From Glycera tridactyla (lineage: Eukaryota), in contig OZ286464.1 in NCBI GenBank assembly GCA_965644265.1, forward strand, positions 69,750,001 to 69,814,000: 64,000 nt of DNA. Direction: 5' to 3'. Below, piece after piece: positions 1 to 13,985 of this stretch (the stretch's first letter is position 1; each line of letters begins with the position of its first letter). The translations under genes were made by a program, and so were the position numbers. The notes under the pieces are model-generated. The model did not search any database, was not told the DNA's origin, and saw only the letters and a program-made list of their open reading frames with translations.

Positions 1-1391
1 GGTTTACCACAGAGGTGTGAAGGGGCCCGTTTGTATTGCTTCCTATGAGCATATCTCATTGGACCCGTGAGCATATTTCTACAGACCTGTTTCAGTAATG
101 TCTAGCTCCTCTGATTCTAGATTGGTACTCTCAATTTCTTCAGGAAAACTTCGACTACCACAGGATTCCCTATTTCATCGATATATGTACACTTGAGTGG
201 AATTGGCGCATGTTTTTGTTGATTACGGCCTGTTCAGGTTGTGACATTTAAAATTTAGGCACCTCCAGTTTAGCCTAATTTAAACAATTTTTTCCCGACA
301 TTTTGTCCTCTCTGTCAAATACATGTCTCACTCACAAATTGTAATTCATTCCAGATTGCTTTTTGAATTCGATTTTTGAGATTGAACAAATCCACTTGAA
401 TGACTGACTATTATTATACAAATTCAGTGCATCACATTAAATGAAAAAAATACATGGTAAATGGTAACACCTGCTGGTCATCAGATGCTATGGATGTTTT
501 TCAGCAATTTTTGAGATTAAATTATTGAAATATTCAGTCGGTATACTTTTTGTTCCGATGACGGGAACATGTGCCCGCATTGTTTGGGTCGTCATATTTT
601 GCATAATTTGCCGTGCATTCAAATGATCCTGTGTGGTTGTCGCTTGTTGCATATTGCATTTTATAGATATGTACATGATTAAATTGATAATGAAGTGTGG
701 AACGGGGATTATAAGTGACATGAAATAAGGTCGGCCTAAGTTTGATTTCCTATTCCACCGTACTCTTCATTTTCTCTCAGTTCGAGCTCAGCCTGTTCAC
801 CTGTCTTTTCATCACTCAATTCATTTTCGTACTCTTTTAGTGATGTCCCTCCCGCTTACTGATCATAGGTTCGAGGAAGATGTTTTCTCTCTTGAGAATG
901 GGGCATGATTATCATATGCAGATTGCTATCAAATGATGGCTAGCAACAGAGGCAATTACCATGGCGACCATCCTGCCTGAATTATTGAGATTTATTCACT
1001 GAGTACATTTGATTTGAATTTATGATGAGATGTTCTAGACTATACTCTGTGTAGCCGTTTGATATCGCTTGATGTCTCGGCCAGAGTTAGACTTTTCTGA
1101 TTCAAACTAGATTTGATCTCTGGAGGTCGAGTATATGACCAGGAGGGGGTTACAGTTGAACCTGCTACAAAGGCTAGACCTAGCCAGGTAGAGGTGTGTC
1201 TGAACTGTCAGCTACTTCCTTTGTGATGGTTTGTGAGAGTGATGACTGCAGGGGACAGTGCATCTAGCTTTCATTGACAATTTTGACTGTGTATGAAGAT
1301 TTTGTCTCCCAAAGTTTCGGGAAACTTGATTCCATATCATAAAGCGCTCATCCATGACTTGGAATGATCTGGTCATTTCAGCATTGAAAAA

Positions 1392-1425
1392 GTGTGTGTG
1401 TGTGTGTGTGGGGAGGGGGGGGGGG
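1392..1425 (+). repeat. (GT)n microsatellite plus G-run
   Basis: Direct reading. Confidence 0.95.
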
Positions 1426-2379
1426 CACTCCTCCCAATAACGAGAATGGATTCAGATAAAAACTTCAATACTGAACTGAAAGAGTGGGTTTTAAATTGGG
1501 AGACTCGGTCTTTTGGTCTTTCATGCAGTATTTTAGTCTTTCATGCGGAGGAGTGCAGTTGTATTGGAAGCACAGTTATATCGCCCTGCTGGAAGTTGAT
1601 TGGAAGCAGATGCGTCAAATTGATATCTTACGTGAACTTATTTATTTATACAGCGGCATCCTCCCCGTTATTCTCCGATCAAATTTAAATGCTCTGACAG
1701 TGCTGACATTTGGTGGCAAATTGAACTAAAAGTCGGGAATGACGTTAGGTATTTGCTTGTCTATATGACCTTGTTTCCACATCCACATGTTTGAAGTGGG
1801 TCGAAAGATTTTCCACTACTTCTAGGATGATTATTTCCTGAGCTCTAGGCTGAATTTCTGTTTTTCTTGATCACCTTGTATCAAGGAAGGTTTATAGGCT
1901 TTTGGTTGAACCCCACTATTTTTCCTTTTTCTCCCAACTTCATCATTAAGCATAGGAAAGGATAAATTCAAACTTATCACGGAGTAAGATGCCACGAAAG
2001 TGATATGACCTTCAAGTCACATCCATACTGAAACTATGAATTGAGTGTGATTTCAATATCTTTTCATGTATATTTCTGATGTATCATATGATCCAACTAT
2101 GATGACATCATCAAAATCTGCCAAATCTATAATCGCTGGGTAATGTTCACATATCGAACATGGGTTCAAAATCATTGGAATAGTATGGAAAGTTTCTGAT
2201 CTGGTGCTAGAAAATTCCATCATTCTTCGGGGGAAGTATGGTTAACTCTTTTAATATCAAAGTGAGGAGCTGTCAGATCCATCAAACTGACATCTGGTGG
2301 GAATTTGATGCCTGAAATGTACGCAGGATCACATATGAAAGATGTTCAACCCGTCAGGATGCACATGAGGCGTCTAAAT

Positions 2380-2411
2380 GGGGATGGGGATGGGGTGGGG
2401 TAGGGGGTGGG
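2380..2411 (+). other. G-quadruplex-forming motif
   Basis: GGGGATGGGGATGGGGTGGGGTAGGGGGTGGG; at least four G4 tracts with 1-2-nt loops. Confidence 0.7.
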
Positions 2412-2587
2412 TGATGGCAGAGGTTTCCTGGATTTAATTCATTCACGATGTGAGTGGTGTACTTCCTGGCTGCCGTTAGTTAGTGGATGTGGTTACTGCG
2501 AGTACCCAAACTTTCATCTTTTAGTCCATTTTGTTCCCGATTTAGCGGTGAAGATTTTTGACATTTGTATGATTCGATCAGCAACAG

Positions 2588-2607
2588 ATTGATTGATTGA
2601 TTGATTG
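2588..2607 (+). repeat. (GATT)n microsatellite
   Basis: Direct reading. Confidence 0.9.
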
Positions 2608-3445
2608 GAAAGAGTTCAAGGTTTCTTTGGGATGTGATTTTCCTTGGAGAAAATTCAAGTGAATTGGTCAGCTAACCTACACCCAGCACCTAGTTGCTTT
2701 GCTCGTTCTTCTTCTTCATTCACCAAGCCCATTTCTCCTTTCTTCAATGGAACAGACTATAGATAATGCTGAACTCTCTCCCTGTCATCTGAATTATATC
2801 CCTGTCAGTGATCTCATCCTTCATGTTCTGTATTCCACTGTTTGTATCGCATGTAGAATCCTGCATGTGGAATCCCCCGCTCCCGAACGCTGCTCACACA
2901 TTGTCAGTAGATGGAAGACAGTAGCCGCTCATGTCTCGGACATCTGGTATGTGTTTACACCAATTTAGGGATAGAAATGTGGGGCTCGCCTCCATGTCAG
3001 CAGGGTGCCCTAGTGATGTACTTATGGGTCAGCCTCAAGATGAAATATTTCCCATCTTGTGTTACTCCTGCCAGCCTGGGGTAACCTGTATCATCTGCTC
3101 ACGGAGCTGGGGGAGTGGGGGGTTATCTGTGTACATTATCAGCATGTCGAGCATGCCGGGCACTTCAACATGTGCTCACGGACCTGCACTTTAACACCCA
3201 CAACATCCAGACTCCTGCCGAACATGCCGCTAGAATGCCTAGCTGGTTGAGCATGTACTTACAGGCTGCGAACCCACCCCAGTGAGTTTATTTGCAATTT
3301 ATTTCACATAAAATCTCTAGGATTGGATCCTGATGGTCTATTTTACTCTACATACCCCCCCCTCCTCCCCCTCCCTGCTCAACACCCAATACCATCTGAT
3401 GTTAACAGCCACTGGAGGCTTGAGGTCATCTTAAACTGAATTTGA

Positions 3446-3523
3446 CTATAGTTATTCAACATTATGGTCATCACTCAGGGTGGTCTTTGTAGGCAGGTGG
3501 CCTTCTTTGATAGGTTTGACTGC
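3446..3523 (-). mobile_element. MITE fragment (further fragments near 1153-1173, 17464-17550, 48100-48190, 62653-62716)
   Basis: CAGGGTGGTCTTTGTAGGCAGGTGGCC ... AGGTTTGACTG matches the 61664 copy; only one end seen. Confidence 0.55.
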
Positions 3524-6289
3524 GCATTATAAGGGAGATATTTGACAGTGTTTGCAGTTTGAGCTAGTATTGAAGATTGGTTTCATTCAATGTTCAGATT
3601 CTATTGGATTTTGTGCAGTGTAATCATCTCTATTTCTATGAAACAAAAATATTGGCTGTGTGTTTCCTAGAATTATGAGGGTATACTTTTTCCATGTACA
3701 TTACTATCGACCAGGCATTTGATAGAAACCCGGATGCTGTGAGGCTTTCATGATAACTCGCTTACTAAGTATATTTTTAAGTTTCGCTTTGAAATTCCGG
3801 ATTCAGAGGTTGTTGGTCTCTGTGTGGACTCCCCCATGTTGTGACTAATCAGGCATGCATGTTGATAAGATGGTTGATTGGGGTCACCATCCAGTCATCA
3901 CCTACAGCATCGATGTTCAACATCATTTGAAAGATGCTGAAAGCTTTCTAAGCTCAGTTGATTATCCATTTAGAAAACAGATTCAGAGCATGATGCCTGG
4001 GAAAAATCCATATGTGATAAGTCAGTGTTTGTGAATAGATGCTAAAAAGAAGATAACTAGTGCATTTTGGTAAGGGGAAGTGAGAAAAATTTTATATTTT
4101 GCTTGTTACACTGTGAATCTTGAGCAAAAGTGATGGCGCTAGATATGGCTGTCAGAAGGAGAGCATTTTATCTCTTAACATTTCCTGTTTGTGATGGCGA
4201 AATGGCAAAATTCCACTCGGTATTGTTTCGAGTGAGTATTATATTTTGGACTGCGAATGGTTTTGTGGCAGTAGCTGACATTTTGTTTATACATTTGGAC
4301 CCTTGAGTCTGTCAGATTGTGAACATGGACACTATTAATCAGACGAAGCCATATGTTCTCCGTAAGAGACACTCACTTAAAACTGACGATAAGACGAGAG
4401 AAAAAACTCAGCGAAGGAGCTGTCCTGATGGATCGATATGCCGCCGCTTGGTTATCATTCCACGTGTAAACACTTTCTATGAGAATACTTTCCTGTTACG
4501 CTGTTAACGGTTTCGCCGTGAAGATTGTCAAAATGCTTAAAACGTAACTCAAATGCGATATCCGTTGTCGATCTTGTATCTCCTCATGTAATGGTGCGAG
4601 TTTTGGTGCTTTTGGGGGACTAGGATGGATGTGGGTTGGGGTGATTTGGGGGCAAATGGAGGGAATTGGATGGGGCAAAAAGGGCAAAAGGGGAGTGGAA
4701 AGTGAAGCAGTCATATCTGAACCAGTTACAACTGTCAGGTTTGGAGAGTGGCAGAGCTCCCTCGGTTGTTTGAGACAGCCCAGATGGTGTCGAGGTCTGG
4801 CCGAATATTAATCATGCCAACAGCTCCTCTCTTTCTTCACGTACGAGCCCCGATTGTTATTTTTTTTTTATTCGGCTTCAGCCTGTAATATAAGTGTGTC
4901 TTATCACAGTCTTGTGGATCACAAATAGAGATGTAGAGGTTTATCTGCCGTTAGCCTTTTGAGTGAGAAAGAAATAAAGCCACAGAACGAGAAATGCATC
5001 TTGGGAAATTTTCCATACTCACACGTCTCCTGATTCAACATTGACCTCTCTGATATGCATTCCCCTGAGACCCCAAGTTCTGCAGAGTTCTACTCTAATG
5101 GTTTGGATCATATAGCGAGATGGCCATGTGTTTACATATGTTGTATTTTGGGGGAATTCTTTGGTAGTGTGCTGTGATATCGACCCTGTGAATGAAAATA
5201 CTGAGTCGCAATATGTTCAGATGACATGAAAGATCGTTGAATCTTGAATTGATAAACACAGAAACCTTTTCAGGCTGAAGAGAAATGGAATATTGAACCC
5301 TTTTGCTCCTCTTTGTTGTCGAAGTATGATGTTTGGATGCAATTTGACCTGCATTCTTTCTCTCTTGATATGTGGTGAAAATTGCAACTGCTGGAAAGGG
5401 TTAAACCACGCTTGATTTATTCAGAGCAAGTTTATAAATGACCAAAGTCCCAACTTGTTGAAATATTCTTCTCAAGAGCAGATATATATGGAACTCATAG
5501 GAAAATATTATCATAATACACTCAGATCTCACTAGACAAATTTTCTCACTCGTCAGAAAGCTCTTTGATTGGCAAATTGTCTTATCTTAGAGGACGCAGG
5601 ACAGGAACGTGTGTATCATTGTGTATGAATTTATGCAGGAGACGGCTGTATAATTGGAATATTCGCAATCGCTGCAGCTCCGTCCGAGCTCGTCCATGCC
5701 CCTCATCATCCTATCGGTCTATACCAAGACATCGACTGATGCATTTCATAAAGACGGCCGGCGGCGGTATCAAACGATGAAAAATGGCAGAATTTCCTAC
5801 CCTCGTGGGTGCGAGCCGGCGGGTGCCGATTGGCTGTCTTTGATTTTGCCATCGGGGCATCCCAGACGGACTTGAAAGTTGTCATTGCACGCATTAAATA
5901 TTGCCGATAGCCAGTCTATGAAACATTTATGAGTAGGTTATTTATGAGAGCCGCTCCGTGGCAGAAAGCGCGATTTAAAGCGACATCGCGGCCTGGATGT
6001 GACTGATATCTGATGAAACGAATCGCTCGGTGCTCTCCTCAAGTTTGACCTCTTCTGCTGACACTTTTCATCCATACATACGCTTAACCTAGGGACGGAT
6101 GGCTCCTGTCGTTGTGATCATTTATTTCGCAACATCGCCTTTACTGTGCACTGTGACAGAATCCGCATCTCAAGCGACCCTTGAATTGTGAGAATATCCA
6201 AAAAGAACCATCGTATTCCCTTTCAAAATTATAGTCGAATCTGTTTAAAAAGATCATCCTGGTCACTCAGAAAAGTTGTCTTTTATAGA

Positions 6290-6592
6290 CAGGTTGCCGT
6301 TGTTGAAATCTACCTGCCCCCTTCAAAATTCAGCATGCTTCCAATATGTGTTCATTGCATGTATTATTGTTGGGCAGGTAGGTTTCAAAATCGACTTGCT
6401 CACCTTGGAAATTTACCTGCAAAAGGCATTTTCTCAATGCAGGGCGAGAAGACATCACTAAAATTCACCTGCCCCTCTTGAAAATCGACCTGCCCTGCTT
6501 ATATATGCAAGTCATTTATGATTATTTTCCACCTGCCCACCTGTAAAATCTACCTGCCTTGGGCAGGTGGGCGGCTATCTCTTCTTGCCCTG
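6290..6592. mobile_element. Non-autonomous DNA-transposon-like element with repeated ACCTGC(CC) motifs
   Basis: About 8 ACCTGC copies, both orientations; right end ...CTACCTGCCTTGGGCAGGTGGGCGGCTATCTCTTCTTGCCCTG; homologous copy at 57773-57932. No target-site duplication found. Confidence 0.6.
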
Positions 6593-7649
6593 TCAATGTG
6601 TGGGTGTTTCACATGTGGCTACCCAATGTCTGCTCATGAGGGGTTCATGGATAAGTTGTGAATTCATCAAATGAAGAAGGTGTGAACAGATCGGACTGTG
6701 ATAGGGTTGAGCAATGGATAATGTAGACGCTTTTTCTCCCAACAACGTTGCTGCTGCTGCTGCGTGTGTTGGTGTGCTGATGTTTGCCGGCAATGCGCCA
6801 CCACCGAGCCAGCACGGAGGCTTGGCACCCTAGATGGCAGTCCGCATGTTGGCAGTCTAATTGAGGACATCACTTGTGGGACTAGCGAAGCTGTCTAATC
6901 GCTCTACTGCTCTATTTGGAAATCCTCCAACTAACATCGCTTGGGATCTGCGCGAAAACCCCCAGACATTTGCTGCCGGTGCCGTCATCACGCCCAAACG
7001 GTGGTGCCGACATCTCGTAAAGCTGCAAGAGCACGGCCGCAGTCGTCATCGGTTGTTGTCGCCCTGCACAATCTCGACTGCTTCGATTGCTATTTAACAC
7101 CTCATCCTCCGTCCCTCTAGACTAATGACTCCGAATTCGAAATTCGCGACTGCCCTCTCCAATAGTTTCAGATATCTTTCAGAGAATGGCTAGGAATGAC
7201 ATGTGGATCATGATATCTTCCTCACAGAACTACTTTACAGGATTTTCTGTGCCAGATTCCTCTTATTTAATGATAAAATAATGATGATTTCAGAATCAGC
7301 GACTCCAAGCTCACCTGTATAATAAAAGTTTTCCCTTTCATTTGAGGACTTTCCATCACTCTTTCGGTCCTGCGGGGGACAAGTTTGGAATGTACACATT
7401 ATTCCATAATTGGTAGTTGACCGGAGAGGACAAATTGAGGGATGAGGGTGGATAAATCCATGTTCGGACAATGGTATCTGGGAGGTAATTGAATGATGAC
7501 TTGATGGACAGGTTGGGCGGAATTCAACAAGGGTTGTGGGTATACTGAGGTACATCTGGCTTCTCCTTACATGGAGACAGCTGATTCAGCTTCTGGGACC
7601 ATCTGGCTTTGTAGAAAGCGCCCCCTATCCGGTGCTGTATGATCTGTAT

Positions 7650-7820
7650 TGATTGGATGAGGTGGGAGGTGTTGTTCTTACGTTATGAATGTTTAATTGG
7701 CTGCCAATCAGTTTGGAGAATGGCGGCAGCGGCGTCGACCAGCCATAATCGGTTATGAATTATCCAGCATGGATGACCTGCTTGAATGAGTCCGCTCACA
7801 TGTCAATCAGAGATTGGCTC
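7650..7820. promoter_or_regulatory. CCAAT-box cluster, TATA-less promoter-like
   Basis: ATTGG 7652, ATTGG 7696, CCAAT 7704, GATTGGCT 7812; AATGGCGGC (YY1-like) 7719. Confidence 0.3.
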
Positions 7821-10137
7821 ATAGCCCTATGATCACACATCCATCCATGCTGTGATCACAATAGATGACATTCACTATTATGTCACCTTTGTCTTTGACC
7901 AGTTTATCTTTTGACGAATTTTGACGATGTGAAGTTATGATATCGGAAATGCATTTTGAGAAATCGGTATCTCAAATGAAGGTAATAGAGCAAGGATTTT
8001 GATCATGTTTGAGATTTTAAGAAGAATGATATGAGAAGTGAGAATGAATATGTCTAAAACAGATTAACAGTTATCAAAATCTTTTTCTTTTTTCTCTGAA
8101 AGTAATCTTGCACTGGTACATGTATTCCTTCCAGCGGTTGTGTGTAAATCAGACATGAACATTTCAGTAAATAACTCCTTATCAGGCTGCCCATAATGCG
8201 AGATTCGTGTTCACCAAGTTGTTTTGGGCGAATCATATGCCTCTAGCTAGATAAGACACATATTCCTGGTACTTTTGCAGGCACACACATCTCCGAATGG
8301 TTTTGATTAAACAGTGAGTGTCGGCTACATGTTTATGATTTGTGCATGGTATAATGGGCAAGCTCTGTCTGTACTTATTTGTAAAATATGTTGGGGGTCA
8401 TTTGTTCTGATACACACTATCGATCTTCAAACTGACCATAGTTCCATTTTCAGAAGTCTAGCCGTTGGAAGATGGGACAGACTGTAGTCATTCCAGTTTC
8501 TAGCTGCTGTGAGGTGGAATGAACTATAGTTATTGTCAGGGGTTATCTATGCCTGCAGCTTGAAGGTTTTGGCTTCCTCCGGTGCCGATTTGATAACGGT
8601 TATCTTGCAACCCCTTGGTAAGACGCAAGTGGCACTGACATACCCCATAGATCACGCCCTAAGTATGACATTATGAATGGCGATTCTAGAGTGGGTAAGA
8701 ATGTAAACTTCACCCTTAAAACAAAGAACCTTTCAGAATACGCAGCTTGCTCCTTCGCTGGCATGCTTCAAATCCAATAAATTACAGATGCTTTAGTTCG
8801 AAGAAGATGTATATTTTACGTCTTATTTTGTGCATTGTTCACAATGGTGTAAAAGTTGACAAAAACTGATCTCTGTACTTCAGGAGAGGAGATAAAAGGT
8901 AAAAAGGTTTTAGTGTCCATCTGTCTGCCTGTCCACAGTCCATCAGTCCATGCATGCTTGTCCTCATGCCCACACATGCACACCCACATGCACAAAATAC
9001 ATGACACTCATTCATACTGGTGTGTGTGGGTCTGTGTCTGTGTCTGTGTTAATGTAAATATACTGATAAGTGGAACGAGTAAGCACCCATAATGGTACTG
9101 CCGATGCTAAAATTGATAATATTTAATAATTGATATGGCGCCGAACCATGATGCTGCTGATTTTACAACGCTCAGTTGATCTGCACGAAGAGTCACGGCG
9201 CGCTCCATTACAGGGAGGCGATAGGTGCATGCTGCCCGCCGATGATTTCTGCGATAATAATCCCGACGCCATGTCATGCATGATCGCACGAAATGTAATT
9301 CTTGCCGATCGGCATCTATATTGCATGGTCGAGTAAATCAGTGCATTGTACATCGGACAAAAATGGCAGACGCTCGATTGCGCGGCTTCTCCCGTCTGCA
9401 GTTGAATGTCGATATCAACATGTGCAGTGCGACGGGTGGAGATAAAAAGTTGTGGAAAGGTTAGCAATTAATTTAGTTGGGCTTCGGCGTTTTTTTGTCC
9501 CCCGCAATGAGAAAATCGATAGGATAGTGGCGTTACCTGTTGTGTAGGTGGGCCTTGTGTCAGGGGGTCGTAAGGGTGACTAGACAGAACACGTGTTCGC
9601 TCCTGCTGGGCTGCTAATCAGCGGAACATAACGTAACAAATATTGGACATTACATGCTCATTCCGAGGTACAAAAAAAATCCGTGCGGATTAAATTTAAT
9701 GAAATTGTTGGTGGTGACCTCACAACGATTTTGTCACCACAACTTGATGACCTCTCACCCTCATTGTTTTGACTGGATTCGCCACATGTCGTTCCATTCC
9801 ATTCTGCTCCGTTCCATAGCACACTGTCTGTATTGTAACGTCAGTCTGTAAATCATGGGGAATTTTGTATCACCAAATACCTCATCTCCATCATTCACTG
9901 ATGATACTCAAGCTGGAAACAAAATCGCGTGAAATATTTATTATAAACGATGGAGAATAATGATAATAATTATAATAATAATAATTATAATATGTGGGCA
10001 CTTTCATGGTGGAAAACATATATGATGCAAATGTGAGAAATTCTGCATTTGCTCACAAGCTTTTATTCACCACTCCTCTTTGGCAGGGAGCATCTTCGTC
10101 TCGTGAGGGTGTATTGATAATCCGTCTCGTGAGGGTA

Positions 10138-10299
10138 CAGTGAAACCTGTCTTGGGAGACCACCCTTTAATGGGAGACCGCTCTTTATTGGCTCTTCTCT
10201 ATTTGACATCGTCAAATATATCTCCAATGAGAGACCACCTGTCTTGAGAGACCTATATTTGTTGGTGTTTGGGGTGGTCTCCCAAGACAGGTTTTACTG
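10138..10299 (+). mobile_element. MITE, pogo/Tc1-mariner-type, subfamily A
   Basis: TIRs CAGTGAAACCTGTCTTGGGAGACCACCC and GGGTGGTCTCCCAAGACAGGTTTTACTG (1 mismatch), TA on both sides, closely similar copy at 47121. Confidence 0.9.
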
Positions 10300-11967
10300 T
10301 ATATTGATAATCCGCCTGATGGTCATATCCAAACATGACAAAGGTCACTTGCGGCTCTTATGACAATATGAAGCTTGGACATCGCCCATAAATCTTGACC
10401 AGCTGACCTTTTCTCGGCACATTGTCCTCCCTTCTGCAGATGACAGCTGGCATCCGGGGAGACACAATTCTATAATTTGTAGCTCGGCATATACGCGTAT
10501 ACACAACTATGTGCCTCCAATATAACCCGCTTTTTCCCCAAAGCTATTCTCCATGGGAAACTGTGTACAAGTGAGGCAGGTCATATTTATGTCCCTTGTA
10601 GTCCCACATGTGGCTCTGTCATTTTGTCTCAATGGAATGATACTCCATTCTTCACTTTTAAAAACACATGTAATTTGTCCCACTTCTTGATAATGTTGCG
10701 AATGGAAAATTATCACCAAAATTCTGAAGCATAGCATCAGGAAAATTGAAGGAAAACAGTTATTTGTTCCGGGTCTGTGGCCATTTTAGATTTTACTCAA
10801 TTTTTTTTTCTCTCAACACATATGGTGGAATTTCATGTTCAGAGACAGATAGATATTGAATCAGGTGTTAGATTCCCTTAAAAGCATTTGGACGATCTTG
10901 AACTTTTCTGCTTTTGGTTTTAAACTATAGTTTGCGATATCGTTCTACCATCTTCTGCATTCACATGATGCGATTGAGAAAAGAGCGTAACACGTGTCCA
11001 TATTTTTGTGGGATGTCACACGCGGGCAATTATGTTGCAGAAGCTAACGGGATTAGCGCGCTTATGGCAGCATGGCAAGTCGGCCGATTTATCCGGATTT
11101 GTGAGAACTTAATGAGCACGTAGCGGCTTTAATCCACGCTGAGCGACTTACACGGGAAGCGCACGCTGTCCCATTAGCTCGTCATAAGCATATTTAGTCG
11201 CGCATTAATCTCATCATCCTCTGCTGATCCTCTCGCTGACACTACCGGTAACATCCTGACGTGGACGAGATTTTCACTTCCCTCTCGCGCACCTGTACTA
11301 GCCCTTAGCCGAATCACCATAGGCTTGTGGACAGGTAAATTTTAAATGCCATCTGGCCACTAGTCAAAAATAAGAATAGAATATTGTCACTTTCACTGGA
11401 GTGTCCCCAAATCGGGGCCACATTTTCGATGGGTTCACCCTTGATTTAGTTGCTTCAATAAGATAGGACCCTCCTGGGAAAAGGCCTTGGATCTCCATGC
11501 GAAATGTGGCTTTGCTGGATATAGCAGCTTCCGATGTATGTTAAATGAAAATGTGTTAATTCAGGGTTGAGGCTAACTTCAACGGGGTTGGGAGGTGACT
11601 GGCTGATAAGCGCGGTCTCATATCTTATGTAAATTTCACCTGGTGCAAATTACATGGAATACCTGTCAAAATGGCCATAATTCACCTCCATCACTTAACA
11701 TAACAATGACAGTTGGATCGCAAATCAGGATAATGCACCATTTCACATTTATCATATTTTATGCCCGCGGGCGATGTAGTTTTCGATTATTCCGAGAGCA
11801 TCGTGCCATCATAAATTGAGACAGTCATGCCAGATGGTATTGATTTATTTAAGGATCGGCATCGATTTTTATTCAGTTCTATATAATTACTTCATCGAAT
11901 GTACACATGGTGTGAAAGGTTAATTGTGTGTGAAAACATTAAAAAATGATTGTTCAAAATTGACTCA

Positions 11968-11997
11968 GGGTGGGGGGGGGGGGGAGGGGGGAGGGGG
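11968..11997 (+). other. G-rich tract with G-quadruplex potential
   Basis: GGGT(G13)A(G6)A(G5). Confidence 0.7.
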
Positions 11998-13823
11998 TAA
12001 TCACAGCGAAATAGAAGTGGATATTTTATGGATGTTAGCTAATTACCAATTCATCTGAAATTCAGGTGCATTCACAAAGATTTTCATCCTTGTCATATTC
12101 GGATAAAGATTGATATTAATTGGAAAAGACAACATAGAAATAACATAATTTTTGTCTGTCGATCTGAAAAAGAATATATAATCATGAGAACAAAGAAAGG
12201 TTAATCTTCATTAAATTTATTTCTCGTTTTATTATTTCTCATCTCAGGGACAGATGTTACTAATTAACAGATTGGGAAAGGGGCTATTGAGGAATTGGGG
12301 AGGGGTGGGAGTTGGGGGGCAGAACATGCACAAATGCTACCTTACATGATTCACTACAATAAGTCAACCAACTTTATATTTTCATTTTTGGGCAGTGCTC
12401 CAACACCCGCTGGCCCAGGGCATTAAATATGCATTTTAGATGGGCCCATAAAGACTGCTGCCGGGGTTGGTGTTACTTTGACCTTCGGAGTGAAGCCAGT
12501 GGCCCTGCTCAAGGTCAATTGATTAATGCATGATCTCACTGAGGTCACTATATGAAATTTTGGGGTCGATCCTGAATCTCTTGGGGAATAAACCCTCTAA
12601 AGTCATCAAATTTATATATGACAAATTGTCTGACAAAGTGGGAAACCTTTAATAAATTGTGTTTACTCTTTATCCTTGACCATCAGAAATCCAAAATTGC
12701 ATTGTATATAGGGGTTCTCCCCTGGTTTGAATTTATGACCATCTCATCCAAAATCGTTTCCTTGGGGTTTGGGGAATATTTCAGTGTTGTGGTTTCGTGT
12801 TTGAAGACAGCCCTGGATGCACATGCCTTACCGGGTTCTGATTTCATGTTGTGTTTTACTGAAATACTTGCATGATTCGAGTATGTAGATCCTCAAAGCG
12901 GGCCTCCAGCCCAAACACCCAGCCACGAGGCACCCCAGGATGTGACCCCACCTGACCCTGTAAAGTACCCGATGTTGTTATACCGATTCCAACAGATTTG
13001 TTTGACATCTAGCATTTGGTGCCGAAAATCCGAGCTGAATCAAGTGAGATCATATTTAATGTGAAGTGATGCTAACAGGTCAGGGAATTAAGCAGGTTGA
13101 AAAAATATTTGGGGGACCTTTTCACCCACGAGGATCCCTCTCTTTGTCTTCATCCTTGGTGAAATTGGCATGCTTTGAGGGTCTTCCTTTGATAGTACAG
13201 TACATCCAATTTGCTCGAAGTTTTTCCGGACAATTTTCCATTTAATTTCGAACACTTCATTCTTCAAAAGAGCAGATTCAGTCAAAATTATTTGGCAAAT
13301 TATTAACGAAGCAGGTCTTGCAACATAATTCTAATGTAGCATAATTATGTCGAAAAACTGATTATGGGTCATCGCGAGAGAAAAAAATCTTTCTGTATGT
13401 TGGCAAGAAAAAAATTCGCAACATATTTGCTAGGGTTTCTGGAACTGTAAACCGGTCTGCAGCAGGGCTGGCTGCTAGCAAGGGCAAAATTAATGGGGGG
13501 CTACTTTGTTGCTTGACACTGATCCATGTGCTGAATGCACATGTTGGTTACCGTGGCGATGACGGTGAGGTCAGCAATGCAGGTGCCATGGCAACCTATA
13601 GGGGCTAGTGTAGCACTTGCGTGTTATGACCACCTTATAGTGGAGCGTCTTGCCTGCGCTTCTCTAGGCTTCCTTAGATGATATCTGGTCTATTTTGGGG
13701 GCTGTTGACCTCGTAATATAGATTACTATCATAGTGGAAATATCTTCTGTGAAATCATGATTTCAACTTGTCTGTTCCTTTTGAGAACTCCGTATTCGCC
13801 ATCGGATAGGGAAGAGGCTAATG

Positions 13824-13985
13824 CAGTTGAACCTGCTTGAGAGACCACCTAGATTCGAAATCCATTTGCATACAAAGGTCACCCTGAAGCAGTGACCATG
13901 ATAGTATTCTACCTCTCCACACGGGCCACCTGTCTACAAAGATCACTTTTGAACACGGGAAGTTTCTTGTGGACAGATTTGATTG
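13824..13985 (+). mobile_element. Degraded MITE subfamily B
   Basis: CAGTTGAACCTGCTTGAGAGACCACCT ... CAGATTTGATTG; internal GTGACCATGATAGTA shared with the 45230 copy. Confidence 0.7.
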
